This document shows, piece after piece, positions 42,801-55,829 of a DNA stretch of 64,000 nucleotides. Position 1 is the stretch's first letter; every line of letters starts with the position of its first letter. The stretch is from Yuukianura sp. NJ FZ-2021. Taxonomy: Eukaryota. The notes below the pieces were generated by a model, which saw nothing but the letters and a program-made list of their open reading frames with translations, searched no databases and had not been told where the DNA came from. The position numbers and the translations under genes were made by a program. Location: positions 5,208,001 through 5,272,000 of the forward strand of contig CM102283.1 of assembly GCA_046563655.1 (NCBI GenBank), given 5' to 3'.

Positions 42801-45800
42801 CATTATCATTTACAAGTATTAGTCTACTCGGTCTAATAGTTCTAACTATTAGACCAAGTATAACGTAAAATCTGGACATCTTATTCAAGACATCAGAAAT
42901 GACAAAAGCTGATGCCGTACCTTATTTCCAGAGTTCTTCGTTTCGGGTGGCGGTTTGTTTGGATGTTTGTTTGATGACTGGTTTCGTTTGTCTTCTTTTT
43001 TCCCGTCTCCTGATCCTCGCTGTTCCTGTAAAACAAAAATGCATACGTTTAAAAAGGCATTCATAACGTTTCACGGTTATTGATTAATTCAAGACTGGTT
43101 TTGTTATTGGTCCTTTCTACTATAAGACAAATGAAACCAACCTTTTGATAAGAGTTGTGATCTTGGAACTTTTGTTGCGTCGAGGGAGGCTGATGCTGCT
43201 GCTGCTGATGGAATTTCTTTCCATCATCCTTTGCAGAGTCTCCAGGGAATTCCTACGAGCAAATAGAAATTCTAATTATGTTACCGAATTCACCTAGTTA
43301 CAAATTTTTTTTCCGAGAATATGATTGCATTCTTTTACTTGTTTGACGACTCCATGTTTCGATTCCTTCGAAGTTTTCCTCTGCGGGGGATGAGCCTTTC
43401 CCTTCTTATCCTCAGCTTCTTCCTTCTCAAACGTTGCATCCACGTTTCTCACTTGTCCGTCAAATATCTCTTTCTTAGCTCCAGCTTCTTCTACGAGCGG
43501 TTTTTCCGCCGCTTGCTGACTATCTCTGTTATCCGGGCTTTTCTTCTGTTGAGGTTCAGAAGGAAGTGAAGATGCCTCCTTTGTCACCGGTTCCTCAGTC
43601 CGGGGAGGACATTTCTCAACGTCCCATGCTGAACCGGGCTTAGTTTTGACGGAATCTGCCTGATGTTCAGATGACTGCTGAGCAGACAGTTGACCAGTCG
43701 TATTGGAGTCTTTCTTAACAACGGATGTCTTTGGCGGAGATTCCTCCTTCGTCAAAGTTTGCATGTCGGCGACCTTAGTTTGCTTGATTATCCTCTTGGA
43801 CTCGATTCTATCGCGCCGCTCTTCCTTTTTCAGTGCTGGAGTGACCTCCTCAAAGTTCAGAATAAAAAACAAACATTAGTCCTTGCGATAAGTCAATAAC
43901 CTAACTTATCTTATTAGATTCATTGAGAGAGATCTCATGCAAAGTGGGTGGTATAGAGGTCAACATAGTAAGACTTCAGACCAATAATTAATCATCGAAA
44001 TCAATTTAAACACGTTTTCAGAGCTCTACTACTGCCTTACTTTGACATGTGGCTTCCTCATTTCAGCAATGGCATGCAGGGACTCATCCTCATCCATTTC
44101 CTCAGCCCAGGAACATGTCGTTCTTTTCTCAATCTTCTCCGAGTCCTTCGGGATGGGTAACAAAGTTGGAGGAGTCGTGTCTCTCTTTCGAAAATCATCT
44201 TTGACTTCGCTTTCGGTCACCCTGGGAATGTCAAGCACACAAAACGCACATAAAGTTTTCTTAGAGGAATATGTAAAGGATAAAGTAAAAGTAAGTAAAG
44301 TTGTGTTATAGCGGTTCAAACTAACCTAGTAGGTGGCTCGAGGGGCGTTTGGCGTTTATCTTTGGAGTCTCGGGACTCTCGACTCGATTCGCTTTCGCCT
44401 CGCTTTCGTTCAAGTATTTTGTAAGGAGGGTGAGAAACGGAGTCTTTCCCTAAAATTCCACGAAGTGTAACACATTTATAAAGATTTCACATGTACTAAA
44501 TACCTTATTATTGTAATGTTAAAGTAATAATTACCTCCATTGGTTGTATTCGTGCTTGACACTTCTCTTTGTCCGGTGCTGGATTGGGGTTGAGGCTGAG
44601 GTTGGGTGTTACGGCGAAGAAAGCGTGGTGGAACGTTGCTGTTTGGGAAATCTTGAGGGCGGTTGTCTCTTTGTTGTAGCAGCGGAGGAACTGGCGCTCC
44701 TTTCTTATTTCGAAAGTCTTCGGCTACGGGTCGAATGGGACCACTGAGAAAAAATTGAACCAACAGTTAATTAATGATAAAGTAAGTTATGTTTGTTATA
44801 CTTAGACTTGTGTAGTTTACTAAAGTTTTAGAGCGGTAAAGACTGACTATCGCGTGACATACCTCCTCCAATCGTCGTCACGTCCGCGTTGGGTGTGATC
44901 CCTCTCCTTGTCTTTTTCTCCTCGTCTTTGTCTCCAGTCATCCTCGACGTCCCGAACTTGCTGCGGACGTCCGCGGTCGTCTTCTTCCCTTTGTAAAAAC
45001 CGTGGCCCTTGTCGCTCAGATCCTACTCTCTTTCCAGCTTGCGTTGTCGCCTGTGGATGTGACGGCATCGATGTCCCTTTGTTAGCATGCTCATCCTCGT
45101 CGCTAAAATTGATCTTTTTGTTGTAGTCGACGTCATCATTGGCAGAGGCCCAGTCACCTTCATGTGTCCCAATCTCATCCATTCGTTCCAATTCTTCTTG
45201 TCTAATAATGGGCTTGGAAGTGAAGTGAGACCCTGGACGAGGTGGAGGAGGTGCTCGACGGAGCGGAGGTGGCACTTCTCCACCTTGTCCTGGAGGAGGA
45301 GCGTCGTGCGGAATCGGCATTCCAAAACGAAGTGCTGGGTTTCCGCCACCGGGGTAAAAGCCACTTCCACCTCCTTTTCCGTATGGAATCTGCTTATGAG
45401 AAAACTGACTATAAGAACTCTTCTCGGGGCATACAAGGTAATAAATATTGACTGTTACATTTGGTTGTTGCTGGTTGGGTCTCAATGTAGGCTGGTAGGC
45501 ACCGAGCGGCGGTGGGATTTGCCCAATTGGCATTTGACCTGGTAAAGGGCCCGGGCCTGAACCCATAGTAGGACGATCTGGGTAAAAACAAACGGAATAA
45601 CGTTAGAAAGTTTGAAAACATGGTAATTTAGAAATAATCAAAACAATGTATCTTATACCTGCAGGGAAGTTCAGTTGCTGGGTGGGTGGGGAAGGTCTTT
45701 TGCCACCAGAACCCCCCAGGGTCCAGCTCCCTTCGGCTAAGAAACAAAACGAATAGCGGTTGTTAGAATTGTGGCTAATGACAAACAAGCAAGTTACAAC

Positions 45801-46598
45801 AGTGTGGGTTAGTACTCTGTGGCCTGAGAATCGGTCCTGGTCCATACTGATTGTCTTGAGATTTCGTCTGTGGGCGATGTGTGCTCGATGACGCGTTGCT
45901 CTGGGCCTTTCCTCCATCTGCAACTGCGGCATCCAAAGACGGAAACTCCTGTGCAAATCGACTCCCTGGAAAATTTCCGTCTGGTCGCCCACCGTTCCAT
46001 TTTTGATCCTATAGCACAATAGATTGCGTTATTTACTGCTTAAATCAAATGTTGAACATGAGCTTACTAGAAGGGGCTGAATTTGATTCGGAATCGGATG
46101 GCGAGGTGGTGGTTGTGCGAGGAGGTGCGATCCTTGTGACTGCTGGCCTATCCATCCTTGGTTTGGGTCTTGGAAGTTTCCAACGGGCTCTGGATTGCCT
46201 TTTCGTTCTTCTCCACTTTCCAAAATCTCTTCGCCGGCGGGTGGTGTACCAGTTACAGAAGAACCGCCGCCAGCTCTACGGGCTGGAAGAACTTTACCCA
46301 ACGTTTGCATGCCATGTTTCTGAGCAACTTGTTTCGTTGTTGGTTCTGCGGTCTTTCCCTGTCAAGTCAAACAAAATTCTTGCTTTTACTATGCCTCGAT
46401 TTCGCCCCAATAATAAGATTAGGAGATGTAGATCAGAAGTATAAGGTAAAAGAATAATCAATCTCGTACTTTAAACAGGCGATTAACATCCAAGTGGTCG
46501 AATCCCGCTTTGTTTGCTTGTTTGGATGAAGTCGTCGCGTTGGTTGTAGCAGAATGATCGCCTTTCGTGGATGAGAGCGTAGACACAATTCCTGACAT
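39836..46598 (-). CDS. PRRC2: PRRC2 (BAT2)/nocte-like proline-rich coiled-coil RNA-binding translation factor, multi-exon
   Basis: First coding exon 46598-46470 (MSGIVSTLSSTKGDH...FDHLDVNRLFK, in-frame TAA upstream) splices to 46358 (GKTAEPTTKQVAQKHGMQTLGKVLPARR), the BAT2_N signature. Later exons give KPIIRQEELERMD...DWASANDDVDYNKKINFSDEDE and VPPRFLR/RPPRFQR, both conserved PRRC2 motifs, within a long Q/P-rich low-complexity body. Last exon 39904-39836 (VQGPNPSVLGNSLTRAQHGNRK*). AATAAA on the minus strand at 39431-39436. Internal exon borders were not all resolved. Confidence 0.88.
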
Positions 46599-46617
46599 TC
46601 TGCCTCTTCGTCCACAT
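46483..46617 (-). promoter_or_regulatory. Out-of-frame upstream ORF (44 aa) overlapping the PRRC2 start codon
   Basis: ATG at 46617 (context ttaATGt) lies 19 nt upstream of the main ATG at 46598 (agaATGt) in the same predicted exon (acceptor at 46669). It reads MWTKRQNVRNCVYALIHERRSFCYNQRDDFIQTSKQSGIRPLGC* with TAA at 46485-46483. Confidence 0.55.
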
Positions 46618-48764
46618 TAAATCAAGTCTGCCACACTCAAGGTTCCACTGTCGGCGGAACCACTGAGCCTTAAGAAAAATTAATCATTAATTTAAACGTC
46701 ATTTACAAGATCGAACCTTTGGTGATACTAAATGCGCGAGTTAGTCACCCGATCGAACCATTCAAATCAAATGAAATAATTACAATTGAACAAGTGTCGA
46801 GATTACCTTCTTCGGAAGTGTGAGAGAACAATGGAGTCGAATCTCCCTGATTCGGCTTTACAAAAACGAATTTCAGACAAGGGATACTGTGCCTTCTGTT
46901 TCTGTAGGTTCTGGGTATAGTTGCTTGGGGGAAGGCGGGTCGTCGTTGACACCAGGGATGACACTTAATTAGTTAATTTACTTAAGTTTATAACAATTAA
47001 TTATGAGCGAGTGTAAGAAAATGATTGGAGTCGTCGAACGTGATGAGTGTGGAAGAAAGAGGAGGAGGGAGGGAGAGGACTGCTTCCTTACCGAATGCTT
47101 TTTCATGTTATTCGCTCCCTCTTTTCTCCTCATATCCGCATCCTGCTATTTAGTCGTTCACTAACTACGCAACAGCACGTAAGGGTTAACAGTGTGACTA
47201 ATCCTCTGTCGATGATGTAAGAACATTTTGGATAAGGTGTAACCCCCGCTTAACTGGGTACATATTTGTAGCCACTGAGATGTACAAGCGCCTGATGCAA
47301 TCAGAGTGGTTAACAGTTAAAATAAATCTGACCTTAGTATGTTTTACATTGTATTCTAACCACCAATCGTAAACATTGGGATGCCACAAATAATGCTGTG
47401 GTGGCGGTGGGTACATTGCGTTACTATACCCTTGACACGCTGTCCTAACCATCTCTCACAATATTCGAAGCGACCTTAACTGCAGTTATTGTGAAATAAA
47501 ACACTATTCACACATCTGCCAATATAATTACTAGGAATGTGTACAGGGATTTCTTACTGTATAAATGAAACAACAGAATCACTCCAGAAAAATTACATTT
47601 AAGGGACCCATTCTCTGACAGGTCTCATAACTTCAAAAATCGTTTCGAATTCGTTTCAAATGCTATATATTATATGTAGATGTAATGAAAAAGCGAAAGT
47701 ATGGATGCCAGCGACCAAAGGGTGTTATGTTGACAAGTAGAAAGCAACAGAGTCTGATGTCATCGGGTGAATGCATCATGAATGTGCACGAATACCCGTT
47801 TAGGTGTTGCACGTAATTTGTTGACTCTTAAACAACCAACAACGCTTTGCATCTTCCGAGTCATTTTCATCCAGAAAGTTCAATTTATGGTACACAGCAG
47901 TGCTTCATATAAAAATCGGATAACACACCTGTGCAGTTAATTCGCCGCACCCGCGACGCTACAACCTCTGTTCTTGCTGTTTGTCCTGTTTTACGCCCAA
48001 TAAGCCCTAAAACCTTACGCAATAATGAAATTCTCACTCATATTTTATTTAAATTAAGCTTTAAGGTTAACTTAAAAGTAAATCTTGGTGGATAACAAAT
48101 CCGTAAAACCCCAACACATGCCATGTCAATATTTTGTCACATGAAAGGCAAACGCAAGTGTAACGTAACTACGCGCACCTCAAACATGCATTTGTGAATT
48201 TCTACTGAGGCGATGAGATGCGTAATATCCGGATAGAGTGAAAGTGCCAACAAAGCTTCACTCCACCGATGATGAGATGAGATGACTGAATAGTCGTACA
48301 GACTGGGCATTAATTGAAAAATTCAATTAATTAATTGACCTAGCATAGAATTCCTCGCGCGTGACACTTTGAACTAAAAAAACAAATGAAATGATTAAAA
48401 GTGATTTCGGTTTTTCTCAATAAATTCCTGTATACATCGCAGGCGCATGGTTTAGCCTTTATCACATTGACGTTACTTGAGTTCTAATACCTAAATCTCA
48501 TAAACATTTAACAATATTGATTATCGATATTAACAAGCATATCAAGCAGTAATTAACTCCGAGGAACGTTATCAAAATAAAAACTAATTGGTAATTGGTC
48601 TCCCTCAATTTCATTGAAGCAAGAGCATGGATTGTCTGATGTCAATTCCTTTTAGCAGCCCGAACATTTCACCGTCAGTCTTCGCTTTCTGCTGGCGTTA
48701 AATTGTAAGACACATCGTACATTTCCACTGAATCAGATGAAGTCCTAACATTTCTGGTTCGGGG

Positions 48765-49917
48765 TCAACGTGTTAGTTCGACGACAAGAATGGTGACCAC
48801 AATTACAAGGACGATGAAAGCAGTGCCGAGGAGACAAAATAAACGTTTACGATACGTCGACTAAGAAAAAAGGTCAATGCAAATTCAAATTGCGTTTTAG
48901 TTTTCGTTTCAATTTTAAGTCCAAAATTCATATTTGTATTTTGTACTCACTTGGTAGGCAGACGCCTTCTGGAGCTCTTCCCTGCCCGTGTCCACTTCGG
49001 TGTAAGCGGTTTCTACGTGGCTTTCAATTGTTTCTAGGTTTAGAACAAAAAATCTTCAAAAATACTCAATTCAAAGATGAACAAGTAGAATGACGAAGTA
49101 AATTGGATAAAACTTCCGTTTACCAATGGTTTCTCCTTGTTCGCTAACTAACGTTGAAATCTCCTTCATAATAGTGTTGACGTCCAAAATGTCAGACTCG
49201 ATTTGCCGTATTTTTTCTTCTCTTTCAATGAGCAGACCTTGTTCGAATTCAAGTGCTTCCTGAAGATGGATCTGTGCTTGCCTCTGAGCTTCCTGTTCCA
49301 GTAAACTTTCTGTTGGCTCATCCGTCTCAATGCTCCCTCCAGCCGAAGGACTCAAAGATTCAACTCGAACTATACTGCGCTTCATTTTCGCAACAATTTC
49401 CTTCTGAAGCTCGTAGTACCGTTTGATGGCCGTTTGAAAATCGGAGCTAAGCTTCCGCTCCCGATTCTTTTCGTCACGTCCATTGTTTGGAAGGGTCCTT
49501 CGGGCCAGGATACTTTTGAGTTGGCTAAATTGGTCCATGGTTGATTTGAGAGTTGAATTGGCAGTGACCTGTATTATGTGCACAGATTCTCGTACTGCCT
49601 TGGAATCATTCACGCTTCCGACAACTTTCAGCGTCTTCTCCAGCGTAGAAGCTAATAATAAAAGGTCAAATTAAGTTCGTAGTCAGTTAGCATCATGATG
49701 TATCAGTTAAATACAACCGAGAACACTTGTAATAACTAAACTAACCATGTTTTGTGATAGCGAAAATGTTGGAAGTGATTGAATCGCAAATTTTTGAGAA
49801 TTCAGCCGAGTCCATGATACTATTTGAGGTTGAGGGTCCTCCTCCAGGCCTGTTTTGTCCAGGAAAAGCGATTGTATAATCCTGATGAGAAGTACTCCCG
49901 TAGCCTGAAGAGGACAT
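48765..49917 (-). CDS. Endosomal Qa-SNARE syntaxin-7/12(13)-like, 4 coding exons
   Basis: Exons 49917-49746, 49651-49124, 49033-48951 and 48860-48765 have GT-AG borders and a continuous frame. Habc helices, SNARE motif EREEKIRQIESDILDVNTIMKEISTLVSEQGETIETIESHVE, C-terminal TM LFCLLGTAFIVLVIVVTILVV. Confidence 0.93.
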
Positions 49918-50957
49918 TGTGCTTTTGAAAGTACTTATACCGAGTTCCGATCCGGAATAATGAATGAGAATGTAGATCTCTTATTACAACATAAAAAGTT
50001 GCTGTAAGGTATTACGTATTTTCTGTTAGCAAGATTCAATATAAATAATTCGTGCAAGACTACTAGTTGAATTGATTACCAAAACGTGAAACTGGACGAA
50101 CCTGATGCAGGGCGTGAAGCGACGGCTTCTGGAAGACTTGCACTGGTAATTGATTTGGAAAAAACAAACAATTGCTCAGCTGGTGACCCCTCCTCCCAAT
50201 CCCAATCTCCTAGTTTGTGAATCACAAATTCTGATTGAATTGGATTGGAATTGGAAATGTTTAAATCTGGTTACAGTAAGGATTAACCAAAGTCGTTGTA
50301 TCCGCGGAGCGATACACCAACACCGGCCAGGCCTTTGATGGCTACCCGTTTTAGTGGCAACTGAAATACGCACTTTATTCTTACTGAAGTGGCAACATCA
50401 AGTTACCGCATGATGTAGTCCCCCAATGTAGTCGCGGAGTGACCACGACTACACTGCCCGGACGTTCATTAAAATGTTACCCCCAGCGATACAGATTTTT
50501 CTCAGGTTGAACTAAAGATTTCCCGTCAAAATGTTTCCCCCTTTGCCGAAGAACTTCAAATAACTTTGCCACTTATAGCCACAAATGAAACTTATAAACT
50601 TTGCATTAAAATAAAAACGTTGTTTATTTTTTTGTTTCGGGTAGAAATGTGACAGCGAAAACTTAACGCGCAGTCACGAATTCTCAAGGACGAAAATCTT
50701 AAAGGCATAATAATGATCTAGTGCTAACAACCAACTTGTCTGAATTCGTAGTCTAACGCATTGATCGTTCCCATTGGTCGTTCAGAAGAGGGAGGCAAAA
50801 TTAACAGCACTTAAATGTACTTGACCATATTTAAAATATCAAATTCTAATTCCTACTTCTATTGTTTTTGGTTCTTTGTTAAGTAGACACATTTCACAAG
50901 GCAACACGGTCTCAAAAAGACACATTCATCAATGTTCTAGTTTTTCTCTCCTTGGAT

Positions 50958-53900
50958 TCAGGGTTGTGGGGTCACCTCATTACCCCTGCTCACAACAACC
51001 AATCTCCAGTGATCCTTATCTGGATCGAGGTCAGGGGTCACGGAACATTTCCTTAACGGGGATCGGAAATTCACTTCATGCTCCATCAGCTCATTGGAGG
51101 CGTACTAAAAGCAAAAAGACCCAGAAAATGTAAGCAGAAATGAAGAAATTCATATGCGAAAAACGAAAGGCTGTATTTGGATTTAGCGTATGATCAAGAC
51201 TAGCATTAGAATTGTAACAGAAAGCGTTAAGTATAAGCGTTCGAATTTCGTTTACAGACATCATCAACAAAACGAATAGACACGAAAAGCGAAAAATTCA
51301 CTTGGGCGGAATTCCCAAATGAGTATTGAAATTAACGTAAAAATTCTAGCATTTGGAGCAACCACTGGTCGGTCTCCTGTACGCAAAAATTTCCAGAGCC
51401 TGAGATTGCGAGTTGAAATGAAAATGAACAATTAAAAGCGTTGGCGAAAAATGCGTACGAAAATAGAAAATTGGCGAGCTTTGCAAATTCATTTTAAGTG
51501 TTCCACCTCGTCTTCTATTTGCCAATCTGGGTCATCGTGCTCAGCGTTTGCATCAAGGTCGACTTTTCTCTTCACAGGACTAAACTGGATTTTCTTGGCT
51601 GCTTTGTTGCGTAGCGTATTTTTGTGCCTCCTTCGCGAAGCTTGAAGGCGGGAAGAGATGCTACTGGAGTTTGAATTGTTTCCGCTACCACGATCGCCAT
51701 CGGTTTTGCTCGGAGTATCAACAAGAAGTGTTTCTTGGATAAAGCTGGGTGGCGAGTATATTGATTTGTTGATGGACTTGGAGGGAGTTTCGGGAGATGA
51801 AATCGCTGTCTTGTCACCCGTACTTGTCACTTGACAGATGATGTCTGCCAGGTCTTCTAGTCGTGGAGGGGATAAGAACGATTGCTGGATTTGTGCAAAA
51901 GCCTTTTTCAATGGTGTCGGCGTTCTGGACACGATAGGCGGAGCTACAAAGTAAAACAAAGTCGTTTTCGTCTGGACAACCAATAACCAAAATTCGTAAA
52001 CAAACAAAAATGTTTTATCTACACCAGGTTGTCCAATAACTCAATGTTTTGGTAATTTGTTAAAAAAATTCGTCAAACATTTTCTCCTGCAGATTTCTAT
52101 GGTAATTAATTATTTACATGTTGTCTAATTGAAATTAGAGGAAAATTGGAGGCAAAAAAAAAATTATTTTTCCAGATTTTTGAAAATTGGAGTTATTGGA
52201 CAACCTGTTGGAAGAATACAATTCGGTTGTCAAAGAACCTTGACCAATAACCATGCTGTAAAATCGTTCGATTCGAATTAAAAATACGTTGATCAGAATT
52301 ACTTACATGTTGGTCGTGTTGGCGTGTTCAGAAGAGCTGATTCACGGGAAGTTGATGGTGTTTGACTGGAATTCTTGATAGGACTATGAAACATATTCGT
52401 TGTGCTGGAGCCGGGAGTCGGAGTGTCCAAAAACTATTGACAAACAAAATGAAAATTCCATTACAAACATTACAATATAATTAGACGGGATCTGTTTACC
52501 TGAGATGGACTAAATGAGGTGAGAGACGACAGCCGGAGTGGTGTCGAATGAAGAATTGAAGTCCTTGGAGCGGGAGGAAAATTCTCATTTATTGACTTGG
52601 ATCCAGGATGAACATAAACTATAATTCACACATAAAATAATTACATTGCATAGCAATTACAAAAACTAGGATTATTTGTACTGAAGATTGTGTACAGATT
52701 ATAGTTCACTCCTGCTGTGCAATTATGATTATGAACCACTACTTAGCAATCCAGAAATCTAAATGGTTCGTACCCCGCTGACCACCGCCCCAACTCCCGA
52801 TTTCTGCTGGACTTCGAATGAAGCTCTCGTATCCAGAGTCTGGTCCAGCAACTGGTTCGATCTTGATGATCTTGTTGTCCGAGATAGTGACCGATTCAGC
52901 ACAAGATGTCGAACCTACTTTCATGAATCTATCGTAACTTGTGCTTGGTGAAAGTTGAACAAACTGATCCCCTGACTTGAGGGACATGAAGCTGGTAATG
53001 ACAGGAGTCGCTTCTGGTATGAACGACTCTTCTGATGTACTATGCTTCTTTTTTCGGCGAGATTGAATATCGGCAAGGTCAGAAGTGACGTTGGCTGGCG
53101 GTGTATCATCCACTTCGACATTTTTCTTCCGTCGCTTGCGAGTGACGGTAGAACCCGACGGAGGTGGATTTTCATACTTCCGTTTGATAGTGGAATTCCA
53201 GTGATTCTTGATTGCATTGTCTGTTCGTCCAGGAAGCAACTTTGCAATCTTATTCCATTGGTTGCCCCACTGACAATGCAACTTGTAAATTAGGTCATCC
53301 TCTTCGGGCGTCCACGGAGACTTATCAATGGCCGGGTTGAGATGGTTGTGCCAACTGGAAGCAACAATCAAATTACTGTAGGATTGAAAGTAACTACCCG
53401 GGTTAGGAATTTCCGAATTTAAAGGGTATCGTGCTACTAATACTGACATCTTATTAAGATTTGACATTTCCTTTCCAAAGAGACAAATGTCGTAATGTCG
53501 ACATTGTCCTACCTTTATTTTGAAAATTGCGAGTGCTTGCTAGGACACATCAAAAATTTTAACGTAAAAGTCCAAGAAAGTCTTACCGCTCTCGACATTG
53601 TTTGCCTATTCGCCCTTCCAAATTCCTGGCTATAATAGTCCACTTTGTAGGGCCATACTTGTTGACTAACTCGATTACTTTGTCGTCCTCCTCTTTGGTC
53701 CACTGACCCTTGACAATACTAGGAGAAAGAACCTTGGTCCAACGAGTAGCACATTGCATTTCACTTCGATCTGGAAAATGTTTGGAGATTTCCGCAAAGT
53801 TATCTTCTCCATATATGAGTACCAGGCGCTTCAGATTATTATCCTCGTCAGTAGTCCATCGCCCGCGGTTCAAGTTTCTTCTCCGCTTGGATCCACTGGT

Positions 53901-54103
53901 AGTGCCATCATCCGCGCCTCTTGACTCTACAGAAAGAAGCGAAAATGAATCCAAAGATTTCCAGTCATTCGTACCAAAGAATTATCCATACTCCTGTAGC
54001 AGGAATATCTCCAGTCGTTCAGTCTACTAATAATTTGTGTTTAGTTTTATTCACTCAGTATATTAACTAAATATAAACTGCATAATTAGGTGAACTAACC
54101 CAT
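50958..54103 (-). CDS. Myb: Three-repeat (R1R2R3) Myb transcription factor, B-Myb/Dm-Myb-like
   Basis: Micro-exon ATGG (54103-54100) splices to 53926 (MESRGADDG...). Repeats [23 protein letters not shown]...[17 protein letters not shown] and [12 protein letters not shown]...[14 protein letters not shown]-terminal conserved motifs [19 protein letters not shown] and RTPTPLKKA. The 3' end is uncertain: stop at 51489, or splicing to a last exon 51104-50958 (..[18 protein letters not shown]). Confidence 0.93.
52025..52207. mobile_element. Small MITE (183 bp) in a Myb intron
   Basis: Perfect 18-bp terminal inverted repeats caggttgtccaataactc (52025-52042) / gagttattggacaacctg (52190-52207) around an AT-rich non-coding interior. 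No clear TSD. Confidence 0.7.
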
Positions 54104-55829
54104 TCCGCTGCCTTTTCGATAAAGTGTGCGTAGTTTTATTTAAAATACATCCGTAACTTATCGCCCTTCGTACGACACTATCAAAAGTCTTCCAGATTCA
54201 ATCCGGGCAGTCGGGAAGTCCGTCCACAAACTTGTTTCTTTTCACGTCATTTGTTAACTGCTAGGTCGATTGTGTATCACGAGAGTTGTCCACAAGCAGA
54301 AATAAATGAATAATAATTAATTTGCGAACCACTTGATCAAAATTGGATAACAAAGGAAAGGAGCAGATTATGAGAAAGTGAGAGCGATTTGGAATTAGAA
54401 TCCAAGTGAGTGGTCTTTTGTTTGCTATTTTTTCCCAGGGCGGGATTCTGCTGCGCCGCTCTTCTACAGTGAGACACAACATTGGTCTTGAATCGAGGAA
54501 ACGGCAGATGGACTTGTTCGGAATATAACTGTCAAGAGACAGGAAGGGGACTTCCTGAGGCCAGTTTAAGGGACTGGGTACTTCTATCAGCCCAGGGAAT
54601 TATACCTCTTCATAACATTCATTTATAATCAAACATGTCAGAAATATTCGTCCCAAGCCCGTAATATCAAGGAGAACAAATTGTGAAATCAAATCAATAT
54701 TCTCGACCATTTTTTAATTAAATATTTATGGACTACCACTGCATGCCTTTAATGTTACAATATGTGGCGGCCGTTTGCGAGCAAAAAGTATTTATAAAAA
54801 AAATATATTTATATAATATTTATAATTTTTTTTAGCATATACTTCGGCAAAATTTTAGAAAATATTTCTGCCATGTCTACTAACTAAGCTTAAAGCACTT
54901 AAATTTCGCACCTGAAGCACGAGATACTACATAGCGGAGGAGGGTTGATGCCAACGCCCATTTTCCTTTCGCCAATTTCTTAACATTTCAAACAATCTTT
55001 GTTTCTTAAGAATTTAATTAGAGCAAAGGAGAGGTGGTTCCCGAACTTGTTTGTCAAAAATGCCAATTCAAAAAAGTGTACTACAAATGGGGAGAAAGCA
55101 AAACTTTCATTCGAAGATTTGAGGAATATGAATAAGTATGAGTTTCTCTCAATTATCTAAATTGATTTAGTTGAGTTACAATTATAACAAGTAATTCAAC
55201 TAAAGTACTTGTACTATCAAATTTATCGTTTTCTATAGAAAATGCCCAGCGGGTATTTTGGTCCAGTTACGGTTATGAGTTTCAGTTGCAACTATTTAAT
55301 CTAAAAGTTAGTATGATTTAACTGATCTAGGTTGTTTTAACTATTTTATGGATAAACAATTGATGATTTAGTTATAGTATTTAGCATAAGTTTATGATTT
55401 ATAAATTATGATTTAGTTTAATGTGGGATCATAGTCTGCAGACAAGACGCTTGCGTATTACTATTCTCGTCAGCGAGTAGTGCTAAAACTTTTCGGGAAA
55501 ATCAGCAAAATTCATTAGTTTTCATTACAAATTACAATTCTCTTCCGATAAATGTGTATTTCTGAATTAAAGTAAATGAACCTTTGGTTGGAGTATTCCG
55601 GCAAAAATTTAGAGCAGCAATCCCGCTAAAAATTGTTCCACGCTGCGCTGCATCTCCTGCGAAACAAATGTTGGTGCACTGCATCTAATATTGCCCAGCA
55701 CCCTGATTTAAGCCAGGGATGCCAAATTATCTATGTACTCGGGAAAATACAAATTTTAGGATACTAAACTGAAATCTTACAAGCGAGTACTAAAATTCTG
55801 TAAAGCATCAGTGTGCCAGCGTCACAATC

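Noticed and set aside
39942..46457. Numerous plus-strand and alternate-frame ORFs over PRRC2 (likewise over syntaxin, Myb and KYNU)
   Set aside because: Shadow ORFs of real exons with no independent coding signal.
48522..48529. DRE motif TATCGATA (and E2F-like GCGGGAAA near 36887)
   Set aside because: Single short motifs without TSS evidence; expected by chance in this much sequence.
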